Notes: a model not told the origin generated them from the letters alone. Numbered from the stretch's first letter, positions 52,890 through 63,662 are shown. The stretch is 64,000 bases of DNA from Synechococcus sp. (GCA_047284725.1 JBJBEO010000001.1:2264203-2328202); one strand, 5' to 3'. Made by a program: numbers and translations.

Positions 52890-54236
52890 ATGCGTCAGAG
52901 CAGAGAATCTCCAGCCACTGAGGCCAAACACTTGCCGGGGTTACCCAGCAGCAGCACCGATCCGTGCGTGCACTGCGGCTTCTGCCTGCCCACCTGCGCC
53001 AGCTACAGGGTGTTGGGCACAGAGATGGATTCCCCCCGCGGCCGGATTCATGCCCTCAAAGCAATCGACGCTGGTGAGCTGGAGCTCGATGCCACGGTGG
53101 CATCCCATTTCGACAGCTGCCTGGGCTGTTTCGCCTGCGTCAGCGCTTGCCCCTCAGGCGTGCGCTACGACCAACTGATCGAAGCCACACGGCCAACACT
53201 CAACCAACCCGAACTGCGCAGCAGCTGGCAGAGCAGCTTTCGGCAACTGTTACTGCAGGTTCTTCCCTATCCCCGACGGCTGCGAGCCCTGCTGACCCCC
53301 CTGCGGCTGTATGCCGGCAGCCCATTGCAACAGCTGGCACGGCGCAGTGGGCTGCTCAAGCTGCTGGGCCCACAACTTCAAGCCATGGAGGCGCTGCTGC
53401 CGCCCCTGGCCCCCGAGGGCTTCGCCGATCGTTTCCCCCTCATCAACCCCGCCGAAGGCACGCCCCGGGGTCGGGTTGGTCTCGTGCTCGGCTGCGTTCA
53501 ACGCTGCTTTGATCCCGCTGTCAATGCCGCCACGGTGGCGGTTCTGCAGGCCAACGGCTTCGAGGTGGTGATCCCCGCCAACCAGGGCTGCTGCGGCGCT
53601 GTCAGTCATCACCAGGGACAACTGGACCACACCCGTGACTTGGCCAGCGCCTTGGTGGCCAGCTTCCAGGCCATCCCCGATCCGCAGCCTCTTGATGCCG
53701 TGCTCGTGGCCGCCTCCGGCTGCGGCCACACCCTCAAGGCCTATGGAGAGCTCCTGGAGCCGGGCGCCAGCGGATTTCCCTGCCCAGTGGAGGACGTGCA
53801 CGAATTCCTCAGCAACCGCGGCCTGTCGGAGACATTCCTCAGCGCACTGCAGCCCTTGCACCACACCGACGGCACCAGGGCCAGCCAAGAACGGCCTGTC
53901 GCTGTGGCGTATCACGATGCCTGCCACATGATCCATGGCCAAGGCATCAGCGCCCAGCCCCGGCAGCTGCTGCAGGCCATTCCCCATGTGCAGCTCCGCG
54001 AAGCAACGGAGGCGGGCGTGTGCTGCGGCAGTGCCGGCATCTACAACCTGGTGCAACCCGATGAGGCTGCCGCCCTGGGCGAAATCAAGGCCAACGACCT
54101 CACCAACACCGGCGCTGCACTGGTGGCCAGCGCCAACATCGGCTGCACCCTGCAACTTCGTCGCCATCTCAGCGATGACGGCCCGAACGTGTCGCATCCG
54201 ATGCAACTGTTGGCCGCCTCAGCCGGCTTGCTTTGA
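52890..54236 (+). CDS. glcF: Glycolate oxidase Fe-S subunit
   Basis: CVHCGFCLPTC, DSPRGR, CLGCFACVSACP, two CCG domains, YHDACH and ANIGC. Confidence 0.92.
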   Translation: MRQSRESPATEAKHLPGLPSSSTDPCVHCGFCLPTCASYRVLGTEMDSPRGRIHALKAIDAGELELDATVASHFDSCLGCFACVSACPSGVRYDQLIEATRPTLNQPELRSSWQSSFRQLLLQVLPYPRRLRALLTPLRLYAGSPLQQLARRSGLLKLLGPQLQAMEALLPPLAPEGFADRFPLINPAEGTPRGRVGLVLGCVQRCFDPAVNAATVAVLQANGFEVVIPANQGCCGAVSHHQGQLDHTRDLASALVASFQAIPDPQPLDAVLVAASGCGHTLKAYGELLEPGASGFPCPVEDVHEFLSNRGLSETFLSALQPLHHTDGTRASQERPVAVAYHDACHMIHGQGISAQPRQLLQAIPHVQLREATEAGVCCGSAGIYNLVQPDEAAALGEIKANDLTNTGAALVASANIGCTLQLRRHLSDDGPNVSHPMQLLAASAGLL

Positions 54237-54246
54237 GCAGCGTGTT

Positions 54247-55704
54247 CTAGGCAGGGCAACCGCCGGGCGTCTCCATCAGCCGCCAGGCCTCGGTGAGGGT
54301 GTCTGCCTCCCCGAGGTTGCCGGGGAAGGTGATCACGGGCAAACCTGTGACTCCACGTCCCTGACAAGCATCACCAGAGGTCCCTGGCTCTGGCGCCTGC
54401 AGTGGCCGCACCATCGACAATCCAGGCAGGAGCTGACCCTCGAGCTGCACCGCCTCGAGCCCCAGCCCCTCCGCCAGAAGGGTGCCGGTGGTGATGCCGC
54501 CTTTGCTGATCACGTAGCCCAGCTGCGGTGCCAGTGCCGCCACAAGACGCCCCATCAACCGAGCCAGTTCGAGGCCGAAGCGCAGGCGACGTGACGACGC
54601 CGCCTGCGCCTCCCCGAAACTCAGTTCCCCACGACTGGTGAACAACACGGGAGTCACGCCAGCCGCAATCATCTGCGCCAATCGGGTTCTCCACTCCGCC
54701 TCCAGATCCGGCAGGAGCCAATCCTGATGCGCCCCCTCCCACACCCGGGCCAGACGGCCCACCGGCAACTCCAGGCCCTCGCACCCGGGCTGAGCCAAGA
54801 GCTGCTCCAGCTGCTGATCGGCCAGGGGCACATGGGATCCCACCACCACCAGACCAGGCAAAACTGCTGTCTCGGCGCGTCGCCGCAAACCCACCAACCC
54901 AGCAGCATCCAGAGGTGGGCCCCCCAGCGGTCGGGGTCCACCGTCCACCAGGCCATTGAGCAGGCTGGCGGCGGAGCGGAACAGGAAGCGTTTGCGGCCC
55001 TGCAGCTGATGGAGGGCGGCCCCAAGAGCCTCCAGTTGCTCGATGCGAGTGGCATCCACCACCACGGGTTGATTGCCCTCGAGCGCCTCAAGCCAGTGGA
55101 GCAGGTCCGTGAGACCTTCCGGGTCACCACCCCTGCGCCCTTCAGCAGCCCGGTCCAACAGCACCCATCCCAGCCGCGTCACCGACTCCTGCGCAATCGC
55201 GCCCCCGCTTTTCTCCTCCAGCCAAGCCGCCAGATCACTGGTGCTGTAGCCAAACAAACGGTCCTGGGCGAAGGCGGTGGTGTGAACGGGGTCCCCGTGC
55301 AGGAGATGCACTCCGTTCACGGTGGTGCGCCCCCCCGGCAGGAACGCAGGCACATGCAACGTGGCATCCACCGGTTCAAAGCGTGCCTGCCAGGCCTCGG
55401 CCAGCACCTGGGGTTCCAGCACGCCATGGCCCCGCAGGGTGGAGTCGCCACGGCTGACCAACTGCACCTGGTCAGGGCGAACCTTTTCCGCAGCCATCGC
55501 CGCAGCGAGGGCCTCCACAATGTCGCGATTGCGTTCGGTGGCCTCAGGCGGCGACAACGCCCGGGTATTCGCCAGCACGAACAGCAAGGGCGAGGGGTGG
55601 CGAAGGCCCTGGCGCAACGTCTCCTGGTCCCAGCGCAGCAGCAACGGACAGCTGTGAACCGTTTGCGACCCGGTGGGGTCGTCATCAATCACCACCACCT
55701 TCAC
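54247..55704 (-). CDS. Four-carbon acid sugar kinase family protein (YgbK/DUF1537)
   Basis: DDDPTG, RGDSTLRGH, VVGSH, SKGGIT and FPGNLG. Confidence 0.88.
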   Translation of the reverse strand: MKVVVIDDDPTGSQTVHSCPLLLRWDQETLRQGLRHPSPLLFVLANTRALSPPEATERNRDIVEALAAAMAAEKVRPDQVQLVSRGDSTLRGHGVLEPQVLAEAWQARFEPVDATLHVPAFLPGGRTTVNGVHLLHGDPVHTTAFAQDRLFGYSTSDLAAWLEEKSGGAIAQESVTRLGWVLLDRAAEGRRGGDPEGLTDLLHWLEALEGNQPVVVDATRIEQLEALGAALHQLQGRKRFLFRSAASLLNGLVDGGPRPLGGPPLDAAGLVGLRRRAETAVLPGLVVVGSHVPLADQQLEQLLAQPGCEGLELPVGRLARVWEGAHQDWLLPDLEAEWRTRLAQMIAAGVTPVLFTSRGELSFGEAQAASSRRLRFGLELARLMGRLVAALAPQLGYVISKGGITTGTLLAEGLGLEAVQLEGQLLPGLSMVRPLQAPEPGTSGDACQGRGVTGLPVITFPGNLGEADTLTEAWRLMETPGGCPA

Positions 55705-56183
55705 CGTGGACGCCGCCTCGCGCGCTCCTCGATCTCAATCAGATCAGACCCATTCACTGGAGCGATAAATCCTGCATTGGCCCGCACCAGACATGCAACT
55801 GAGGATTGACTGCGCTGAGCAACATCCAACAGACGCCAGCCCGGCAGCCGCACGCGCAGCCAGGGGCGACCATTCACCACCACCACCGCCTGCTGAAGAC
55901 CATGCTCCGGGGTGTCGGTGACCACCAGATCCCCGTAACGAAGCCGCGCAATCGGTTGATGGGTCGCCAGAGACCGGCAGTGGGTTCCCTCTGGATCAGG
56001 CTCAATCAACAGCCAATGGCGCACTTCGTAAAGGCCGCGATTGCCCTGGGTCTGACTGCTTAAAAAGTCGCCACTGGCTTGGGGCAACGGTGGTTCAGCC
56101 CTCTGAGCCCAAACGGACTGCCCGCAGATCCCCAGAGGAAGCAGAAGCAATCCGTAGACCAATCGGTGCACTCGGCGAGTCAT
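55701..56183 (-). CDS. Small exported hypothetical protein (possibly SH3-like)
   Basis: Signal peptide (LLLLPLGICGQSVWA); 4-nt overlap with the kinase start. The upstream part of the track ORF is antisense to glcE. Confidence 0.55.
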   Translation of the reverse strand: MTRRVHRLVYGLLLLPLGICGQSVWAQRAEPPLPQASGDFLSSQTQGNRGLYEVRHWLLIEPDPEGTHCRSLATHQPIARLRYGDLVVTDTPEHGLQQAVVVVNGRPWLRVRLPGWRLLDVAQRSQSSVACLVRANAGFIAPVNGSDLIEIEERARRRPR

Positions 56184-56190
56184 GGGAGCA

Positions 56191-57471
56191 ATGCCCGTGG
56201 CACCATCATTCTCGGCAGAACCCACGGTTATCGACACCTCCGTCGCCAACACCAGCTCACTGAAGATCATTGCGCCCGAGGACCTGGCCGCAGCGCAAGA
56301 CGTGGTGCGCGCTCTGCACGCCAGCGCAAGCCCATGGATCCCCTCCGGCTTGGGCAGCCGCCTCGGCTGGGGAGCCGCGCTCCAGCCGGCACCACTGCTC
56401 AGTCTGCGCCACTGCAAGGCCGTGGTCGACCACGCCATCGACGACCTCACCATCACGGTGCAGGCCGGTTTGCCGTTATGCGAGCTTCAGACCGTGCTGG
56501 CGGAGCACAACCAATGGCTCCCGATCGACTGGCCCTGGGGAACCAATCCCAGCCAGCCGACCTCGACGGGCACGGTGGGGGGTCTGGTGGCACGGGGACT
56601 GTCAGGAAGCCTGCGTCAACGCCATCTGGGAGTGCGCGATCAGATCATCGGTATCGGCCTGATCCGCAGCGACGGTGTTGAGGCCCATGCCGGAGGCCGG
56701 GTGGTGAAAAACGTGGCTGGCTACGACCTGATGCGCCTGCTCTGTGGCAGCTGGGGCAGCTTGGCCCTGATCAGCGAGCTCACCTTGCGCGTGCAACCGA
56801 TCCGGCCGGCCCGAGCGCTGCTGCAACTCCACGGTGATCTGCCCCAGCTCGAAGCCTGGCGTGCAGCAGTGGTGGCCAGCAGCCTCACCCCCGAACTGCT
56901 GCAGTGGAAGAGCCACCCCGATCAACCGGTCGATGTGCAGGTGGGTATTGCCAGCGTCAGCGATGTGGCCGTGGACGACCAGCTGAACCGCCTCGAGGAC
57001 CTTGCCGGACTCCACCAACTGAGCGCGGAACGACACCCCTGGGATGGTCCTCTGCCACCAGCCATCCCCATGGCGATCCAGCCAACACCTCCCCAGCCGG
57101 ACACTCCCGCCTGGCTGGTGCGCCTCAGCCTGCCACCGACCCAGGTCGCCCCCCTGTTGCTGAGCCCTGAAAGCCAGATGCTGCACGACTGGCACTGGCA
57201 CCTGGCGGCAGGGAGCGGTTGTGGCGATGGCTGGAGCACCTCGCCTCTTCCTGCCTACCAACTCGAGGCCCTGCGGCGGCGCGTTCAGAGCCTGGGAGGT
57301 CAGCTCACCCTGCTGGTGCAACCCTCAGCACCATCCTCTACCGCCCTGGCGGCCTGGCTGGATGCACCGTCACGACCGCTGATTGAAGCGGTGAAACGCC
57401 AGTTCGACCCCCGTCAGCAACTCTGCCGCGGCCGCCTGCCGGGGGTGGCTGATCCCTTCACACCTGGCTGA
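56191..57471 (+). CDS. glcE: Glycolate oxidase FAD-binding subunit
   Basis: DLTITVQAG, TVGG, GGRVVKNVAGYDL, GSWGSL and KRQFDP. Confidence 0.88.
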   Translation: MPVAPSFSAEPTVIDTSVANTSSLKIIAPEDLAAAQDVVRALHASASPWIPSGLGSRLGWGAALQPAPLLSLRHCKAVVDHAIDDLTITVQAGLPLCELQTVLAEHNQWLPIDWPWGTNPSQPTSTGTVGGLVARGLSGSLRQRHLGVRDQIIGIGLIRSDGVEAHAGGRVVKNVAGYDLMRLLCGSWGSLALISELTLRVQPIRPARALLQLHGDLPQLEAWRAAVVASSLTPELLQWKSHPDQPVDVQVGIASVSDVAVDDQLNRLEDLAGLHQLSAERHPWDGPLPPAIPMAIQPTPPQPDTPAWLVRLSLPPTQVAPLLLSPESQMLHDWHWHLAAGSGCGDGWSTSPLPAYQLEALRRRVQSLGGQLTLLVQPSAPSSTALAAWLDAPSRPLIEAVKRQFDPRQQLCRGRLPGVADPFTPG

Positions 57472-58324
57472 GTTGATAGACACAACGCAGCTTGAGGCTT
57501 TCGCCGGCCGCCAGTTCCAGCTTGCGATCACCACTCACCAATGCCTGGCGGGGACCGGTCCAGGGCTCGAGACAAACCATGCGGCGGGGCGGTTCGGTCC
57601 ACACCACAGTGAGGTCCATCGGTGGCGAATGCTGCAACTGCAAGCGAGTGCCGGCCAGCTCATCCACCAGGGTCACCGGCCCCGAAGGACGACTGAGGAA
57701 ATCCACCCCTTGGGGCAAGGCTCCCAGCTGCGTTGCTGTGTCGGCCTCAGCCATGTCCAAGTGGTTGAAGCATCGGGTGGCCAGCCCCTCCAGCCGCGCG
57801 CGGCTGAGATCACGGACGTTGAAGTAAGGATGCAAGCCGAAACTGAACGGCATCAGGCCGGCACCATCGCCGCAGTGCTCCACGGTGGTGACGATCTCGA
57901 GGGCCTGCGACCGAGACCTCACCTCCATGCTGAGCCGGAAGGGAAAAGGAAAAGCCTCCCGGCTCTGAGGGGTGTCGCTGAGGCGCAACTGAATACCGCT
58001 CTGATCCCCGAGCAATTGCAACTGCCAAGGCAGATCGCGAGCGAACCCATGCTGCTTGAGGGTGTGGTCGACGCCGTTCACCGGCAACACATCGCCGGGG
58101 AGGTTGCCGCAAATAGGGAACAGCACCGGAATGCCACCACGGATGCTTTTGGAGGAGTCGGCGTAGCGCTCCTGGTCGAAATAGAGCATCTCCCGGCCAT
58201 CGCAGCACCACTGGGTGACCAGACCGCCGCGCTCAGGCACGATGCGCAGACGATCACCACTGGTGGGATGCACAAATTCCCAGTGGGAATAGGGCGCGGA
58301 TTGCTGGGTGAGTGTCATGGCCAT
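57458..58324 (-). CDS. Aldose 1-epimerase / galactose mutarotase family protein
   Basis: RGGIPVLFP, QHGFAR, GLHPYF and CLEPW. Confidence 0.9.
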   Translation of the reverse strand: MAMTLTQQSAPYSHWEFVHPTSGDRLRIVPERGGLVTQWCCDGREMLYFDQERYADSSKSIRGGIPVLFPICGNLPGDVLPVNGVDHTLKQHGFARDLPWQLQLLGDQSGIQLRLSDTPQSREAFPFPFRLSMEVRSRSQALEIVTTVEHCGDGAGLMPFSFGLHPYFNVRDLSRARLEGLATRCFNHLDMAEADTATQLGALPQGVDFLSRPSGPVTLVDELAGTRLQLQHSPPMDLTVVWTEPPRRMVCLEPWTGPRQALVSGDRKLELAAGESLKLRCVYQLSQV

Positions 58325-59322
58325 CAACCTGCTGCACTCAAGTGTGGAGCCACGACCGGCAACTGCTGCAACCACTCGAGCAGGGCCGCATTCACCTGCG
58401 CGGGCACTTCATCGTGGGGACAGTGCCCCGCCTCAAGCACCACTTCCGTGGTGGCCTGCGGGGCATGGCGCTGGAAACTGGCGCGCCGGCCAGCGGCATT
58501 GATCCAGGGATCACGGATCCCCCACAGCAACAGCAGAGGAGCGCTCAGCTCTGCAAACAATTCATCCAGGGGCTGTCCTCTGGGAATGTCGAAAACGGTG
58601 CGAAAGACGCCAAAGGCACCCGGATCACAGGACGGCAATCGAATCGCTTCCACGAGTTCCTCGTCCACGTTGGTGGCATCGATGTACACCTGACGCAGGG
58701 TTCGACGGATCGAAGCTGGCCGTCGCATGTTCTCAAACAACAGGCGCTGCAGCACAGGGCTTTTCAGCAACGCCATGCCGATGGTCTGACGGGCAATCGC
58801 TCCCCAGCCCTGGGGTTGGCGTTGCTCGTCACTGAAGGGGCCGGCGGCATTGAGAAGCACCACACCGGCACAATCGCTGCCAAGAGCGGCACCGGCGGCG
58901 AGGGCGGCAAACCCACCGAGGGAATTACCGGCGATCACCGTGGGGCGGCCGATGCGCTCGCGGATGTAGGCACTGAGCTGGTCGCGCCACAGGACACCGC
59001 CATAGGTGAGCCCCGCCGGCTTGGCACTGCGACCGAAACCAAGCAGATCCAGGGCGTGCACCTCGTGGGTTCGCGCGAGGACTGGGATGTTGTGGCGCCA
59101 GTGATCGGTGGAGGCGCCAAAGCCATGCACCAGCAGCAGGGCTGGCTTCGTCACGGCAGCTGCGGCGTCCGCTGTCTCCTCACCGGGGCCGCAGCTCAGG
59201 CAGTGCACTGGGTGAGCCTGAAACTGCCAGGGCTCACAGCGGGTCCTTGGCAACCGCTGGCTCACCAGATCCTGGGCCTGTTGTACTCGCGCTTCCGGAG
59301 CTGCTTCTGGAGCAAGGGTCAC
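58324..59322 (-). CDS. Alpha/beta hydrolase
   Basis: HGFG, DLLGFG, GNSLGG nucleophile elbow, WGIRDPW and GHCPHDE. Confidence 0.9.
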   Translation of the reverse strand: MTLAPEAAPEARVQQAQDLVSQRLPRTRCEPWQFQAHPVHCLSCGPGEETADAAAAVTKPALLLVHGFGASTDHWRHNIPVLARTHEVHALDLLGFGRSAKPAGLTYGGVLWRDQLSAYIRERIGRPTVIAGNSLGGFAALAAGAALGSDCAGVVLLNAAGPFSDEQRQPQGWGAIARQTIGMALLKSPVLQRLLFENMRRPASIRRTLRQVYIDATNVDEELVEAIRLPSCDPGAFGVFRTVFDIPRGQPLDELFAELSAPLLLLWGIRDPWINAAGRRASFQRHAPQATTEVVLEAGHCPHDEVPAQVNAALLEWLQQLPVVAPHLSAAG

Positions 59323-59375
59323 GACAGGTCTCGCCTTGGGCAGTGATGCTAAGGAGCCCTGCCGGCTGCTGTTCC

Positions 59376-59699
59376 GTGGACGCGTTCGCCCTGGGCTATG
59401 GCCCCCTCAACGATCCGACCACCCTGCGCGGTGCCCTGTTCTGGGCGTTGGCGTTGTATGTGCCCCTGAGCGGTCCGCTGTCGCGCTTTGAAACCAGCCT
59501 GACCAACGGCCCCCTCAGTGACCGTTGGCAGCAGATCGTGCTGATCACCAGCAGTTTGCTGCTGGCCCTGGCCGTCGGCCTGTTGGTGCAGCTGCTGCTG
59601 AGCTGGAGCCTGGCGCCTGGTTGGGGCTCCAGCCTTGGCGTTGTGGCGGTGGGCTGGAGTGTTTTGCTCGTCCTCGCCAATGCCGGGAAAGACGACTGA
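59376..59699 (+). CDS. Small membrane hypothetical protein
   Basis: Three hydrophobic segments; fills the gap before the convergent antiporter. Start uncertain. Confidence 0.65.
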   Translation: MDAFALGYGPLNDPTTLRGALFWALALYVPLSGPLSRFETSLTNGPLSDRWQQIVLITSSLLLALAVGLLVQLLLSWSLAPGWGSSLGVVAVGWSVLLVLANAGKDD

Positions 59700-59700
59700 T

Positions 59701-61101
59701 TCAGGAGGCCCCCGCCAGGGGATCCGCTGCGAGTTGGTCGGGGACTTGATTGCCGTCCTCAGGGGGTTTGTCTTTGAGGACGATGCGCAACAGCACCGGC
59801 GCCAGAAAGGTGGTGCCGATCACCATCAGCAAAATCGCCGCTTCGAGTCCAGGGGTGAGCAACCCGGAGGCGGTTCCGAGACCCAGGAAAATCAAACCGA
59901 CCTCGCCGCGGGGCATCATTCCCAGACCCACAACCAGGTTGTTGGTCTTTTCCTTGCTGAAGATGGCCCAGCCGGCAGCCACCTTGCCGATGATCGCCAC
60001 CACAAACAGGAAAGCAGCCACCACCAGGGCGGCACTGGCCCCGGGGTCGGAGGGATTGATCACTGAGAGGTCCATGCCGGCGCCCACCAACACGAAGAAA
60101 ACGGTGGCAAACAGATCAACGATGGGGGTGACCGCCGCCTGAATCTCGTGGCGATGTTTGGACGTGCTGGCGATCAAGCCGGCGGCGAAAGCCCCAAGGG
60201 CGGCTTCCAGTCCGATGGCTGAAGCCACAAAACAGCTGACGGCCAGAAGCAGATAGGAGCCGATCAGCTTGGCGCCGGGGGCCTTGAGCTGATCAATCAC
60301 CCAGTCGAAGGCAGGAGACGCCTTCTGGCTCAACAACAGGGCCACCACCACGAACAGCACCGCTGCCACCACCAGCTGAACGATGGGCCCAATTTCCAGG
60401 CTGCCGCCGGCTGCCAGGGAGACGACGATGGCCAGGATGACGATGCCGAGGATGTCGTCGAGCACGGCGGCGCCGATCACGATCTGGCCCTCACGGGTGC
60501 GCAGGTAACCCAGCTCACTGAACACGCTGGCGGTGATGCCGATGCTGGTGGCCGTCATCGAGGCGCCCGCAAAGATGGCTGGGATCGCATCGACGTGGAA
60601 GATCGCCATCAGGCCAAGGGTGCCGAGGGCGAAAGGCAGCACTACACCCACCACAGCGACGCTGAAGGCCTGAGCCCCCACCGCCATCAGTTCCTCCAGT
60701 TCACTTTCGAGCCCTACTGAGAAGAGCAGGGAGTAAAGCCCCAGCGTGGCCACCGCCTGCAGGGCGCCGAAGCTCTCGTTGTAGAGGGTTGGAATCTCCT
60801 CCACCGGCACATGCGAAAGGCCGGACACCACCTCAGAGAAGACTCCGGATAGCTGCACCTGGGTCTCCGGCGGCACCAGAAGATGCAGGCCCGAGGCACC
60901 AATCAGCACGCCAGCAAGGAGTTCCCCAAGAATCGTGGGCAGCTCGAAGCGCACCAACACCTCGGCGAGGGTACGGGCCGCCACGAAGATCAGCATGAAG
61001 CGAAGGACGCCGATCAGCGTTTCCGCCACCTCCAGGTCGTGGCTGCTGAGTTCACTCAGCATTGGCGGAAGCTCGGCCAGCTCCGGCGGGATGAACATCA
61101 A
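59701..61101 (-). CDS. Na+/H+ antiporter (CPA2, NhaS3-like)
   Basis: GLESEL, ATSIGIT, GAAVLDD, LGAFAAG and GMMPRGEVG; about 12 TM helices. Confidence 0.9.
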   Translation of the reverse strand: MMFIPPELAELPPMLSELSSHDLEVAETLIGVLRFMLIFVAARTLAEVLVRFELPTILGELLAGVLIGASGLHLLVPPETQVQLSGVFSEVVSGLSHVPVEEIPTLYNESFGALQAVATLGLYSLLFSVGLESELEELMAVGAQAFSVAVVGVVLPFALGTLGLMAIFHVDAIPAIFAGASMTATSIGITASVFSELGYLRTREGQIVIGAAVLDDILGIVILAIVVSLAAGGSLEIGPIVQLVVAAVLFVVVALLLSQKASPAFDWVIDQLKAPGAKLIGSYLLLAVSCFVASAIGLEAALGAFAAGLIASTSKHRHEIQAAVTPIVDLFATVFFVLVGAGMDLSVINPSDPGASAALVVAAFLFVVAIIGKVAAGWAIFSKEKTNNLVVGLGMMPRGEVGLIFLGLGTASGLLTPGLEAAILLMVIGTTFLAPVLLRIVLKDKPPEDGNQVPDQLAADPLAGAS

Positions 61102-61232
61102 CGGGATCGCTCCAGAACGCTTCGGACCTTAGGGGACATCTTCTCGCGCAACTGCTCACCTGAAGCAAGGACAAGCCCCCGAACCATGGCTACGTTCCGC
61201 GCACTGGACCAGCTCTCGGGGCCGCGCGCGCG

Positions 61233-63662
61233 ATGACCACCATGCCCGCTCAATCGTCTCTGCCCGAAGTGGAACGGCCCCTTGAAGAGGAGCTGCAACA
61301 ACTTGATGCGTACTGGCGCACGGCCAACTACCTGGCCGTGGGCATGATCTATCTGCAGGCCAATCCGCTGCTGCGGGAACCTCTACGGCCCGAGCACATC
61401 AAAAACCGCCTGCTGGGCCACTGGGGCTCCAGCCCTGGTCAGGCCTTCATCTGGACCCACGCCAACCGACTGATCAACAAGTATGACCTCGACATGATCT
61501 ACATGTCAGGACCGGGGCATGGGGCCCCAGGCATGCGCGGACCGGTGTACATCGATGGCAGCTACAGCGAGCGGTATCCCGACAAGTCGCTGGATGCTGA
61601 AGGGCTGCGCAAATTTTTCAAGATGTTCTCCTTCCCGGGGCACATCGGCAGCCACTGCACAGCTGAAACTCCGGGCTCGATCCATGAAGGCGGTGAACTG
61701 GGCTATGTGCTCTCCCACGCCTGCGGCGCTGTATTCGACAACCCCGAGTTGATCACGATCGCCTGCATCGGCGACGGCGAAGCCGAAACCGGTCCCCTGG
61801 CCACCAGCTGGCATATCAACAAATTCCTCAATCCCATCCACGACGGTGCGGTGCTGCCCGTGCTGCACCTCAACGGCTACAAAATCGCCAACCCCTCGAT
61901 TCTCAGCCGAATTCCCCCTGAAGAACTCACCAGCTTGATGCGTGGCTACGGCTGGGAGCCGCTGTTTGTGGAGGGTTGCGAACCGATGGCCATGCACAGC
62001 CAGATGGCCCAGGCCATGGAGCAGGCTGTACTGACGATCCGCACCATTCAGACAGACGCCCGCCGCAGCGGCGATGCACACCGCCCTCGCTGGCCGATGA
62101 TCGTGCTCAGGTCACCAAAAGGGTGGACGGGCCCAGCGGAGGTCGACGGCAAAAAGCTGGAGAATTTCTGGCGCTCCCATCAGGTTCCGGTTGGGGACGT
62201 GAAGACCAACCCCGCCCACCTGCAGGTGCTCGAGGACTGGCTGAAGAGCTACAGGCCCTGGGAGCTGTTTGAGAGCAACGGGGCGGTCAAGGAGGAGATC
62301 CGCGCCCTTGCGCCCAAGGGAGACCGTCGCATGGGGTCCAATCCCCACACCAACGGCGGTGTGCTGCGCAAGGCACTGGTGTTCCCAGACCTGAATGACT
62401 ACGCGGTACCAGTGCCAAGCCCGGGCGCCAGCGAAACCGAAAACACCGTGCCGCTGGGCCAGCTGATCCGCGACCTGATCCGCCGCAACCCCCACGCCTA
62501 TCGCCTGTTCGGACCGGATGAAACCGCCTCGAATCGACTGCAGGCGGTCTATGAAGCCAGCAAAAAGGTGTGGATGGCGGAGTACCTGCCCGAGGACCTC
62601 AATGGCAGTGAACTGGCCCGCGACGGTGCCGTGGTGGAGATGCTCTCAGAGCACACACTGGTGGGAATGATGGATGGCTATCTGCTCACCGGCCGCAACG
62701 CCTTCTTCCACACCTACGAGGCCTTCGCGCACGTGATCGCCTCGATGTACAACCAGCACTGCAAATGGCTGGAGCACTGTGAGGAGATCTCCTGGCGCGC
62801 ACCGATTGGCCCCTGGAACTGTCTGATCTCATCCACCGTGTGGCGACAAGACCACAACGGCTTCACCCATCAGGATCCCGGCTTCATGGATCTGGCCGGC
62901 AACAAAAAGGGCAGCATCACCCGCGTCTATCTGCCGGCGGATGCCAACTGCCTGCTGGCGGTCGCGGAGCAGGCCCTCACCGAAACGAATGTGGCCAACA
63001 TCATCGTGTCGGACAAGCAGAAGCATCTGCAGTACCTAGGCCTCGAAGAAGCCCGCCGCCATGTGGCGAAAGGGGCCAGCATCTGGGCATGGGCCTGCAA
63101 CGACGATTGCGGTCCGGAACCGGACGAACCGGATGTGGTGCTGGCATCCGCTGGTGACATTCCCACCAAGGAATGCCTGGCGGCGATCGAAATCCTGCGG
63201 GAGCGCATTCCCCAGCTGAAGGTGCGCTACGTGAATGTCGTGAAGCTGTTTGCGATGGCCAATCCCAAAGACCATCCCCACGGCATGAGCGACTGCGACT
63301 TCACCAGCCTGTTCACCCCCGACAGACCGGTGATTTTCAACTTCCACGGCTACCCCTGGCTCATTCACCGCCTCACCTACAACCGCCCCAACCACGCCAA
63401 CATTCATGTGCGGGGTTACAAGGAGCAAGGCAACATCAACACACCACTGGAGCTGGCGATCGTGAACCAGATCGATCGCTTCAATCTGGTGATCGATGTC
63501 ATCAACCGGGTACCGAGCCTCGGATCACGGGCCGCCCACGTGAAAGAACAGATGAAGGACGAGATCTTCCGCCACCGCGCCTATGCCTACGAGCACGGCA
63601 CGGATGCACCGGAAATCAGCAACTGGCACTGGAGCCTCGGTCACAGTTCCTGCACGCGATGA
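61233..63662 (+). CDS. xfp: Xylulose-5-phosphate/fructose-6-phosphate phosphoketolase
   Basis: LGHWG, GPGHG, HEGGELGY, GDGEAETGP, NGYKIANP, RSHQVP, PDETASN and QDHNGFTHQDPG. Confidence 0.96.
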   Translation: MTTMPAQSSLPEVERPLEEELQQLDAYWRTANYLAVGMIYLQANPLLREPLRPEHIKNRLLGHWGSSPGQAFIWTHANRLINKYDLDMIYMSGPGHGAPGMRGPVYIDGSYSERYPDKSLDAEGLRKFFKMFSFPGHIGSHCTAETPGSIHEGGELGYVLSHACGAVFDNPELITIACIGDGEAETGPLATSWHINKFLNPIHDGAVLPVLHLNGYKIANPSILSRIPPEELTSLMRGYGWEPLFVEGCEPMAMHSQMAQAMEQAVLTIRTIQTDARRSGDAHRPRWPMIVLRSPKGWTGPAEVDGKKLENFWRSHQVPVGDVKTNPAHLQVLEDWLKSYRPWELFESNGAVKEEIRALAPKGDRRMGSNPHTNGGVLRKALVFPDLNDYAVPVPSPGASETENTVPLGQLIRDLIRRNPHAYRLFGPDETASNRLQAVYEASKKVWMAEYLPEDLNGSELARDGAVVEMLSEHTLVGMMDGYLLTGRNAFFHTYEAFAHVIASMYNQHCKWLEHCEEISWRAPIGPWNCLISSTVWRQDHNGFTHQDPGFMDLAGNKKGSITRVYLPADANCLLAVAEQALTETNVANIIVSDKQKHLQYLGLEEARRHVAKGASIWAWACNDDCGPEPDEPDVVLASAGDIPTKECLAAIEILRERIPQLKVRYVNVVKLFAMANPKDHPHGMSDCDFTSLFTPDRPVIFNFHGYPWLIHRLTYNRPNHANIHVRGYKEQGNINTPLELAIVNQIDRFNLVIDVINRVPSLGSRAAHVKEQMKDEIFRHRAYAYEHGTDAPEISNWHWSLGHSSCTR

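Noticed and set aside
58312..59346. 344-aa plus-strand ORF, and similar shadows at 53250, 54727 and 57473
   Set aside because: Each lies antisense to a well-supported gene.
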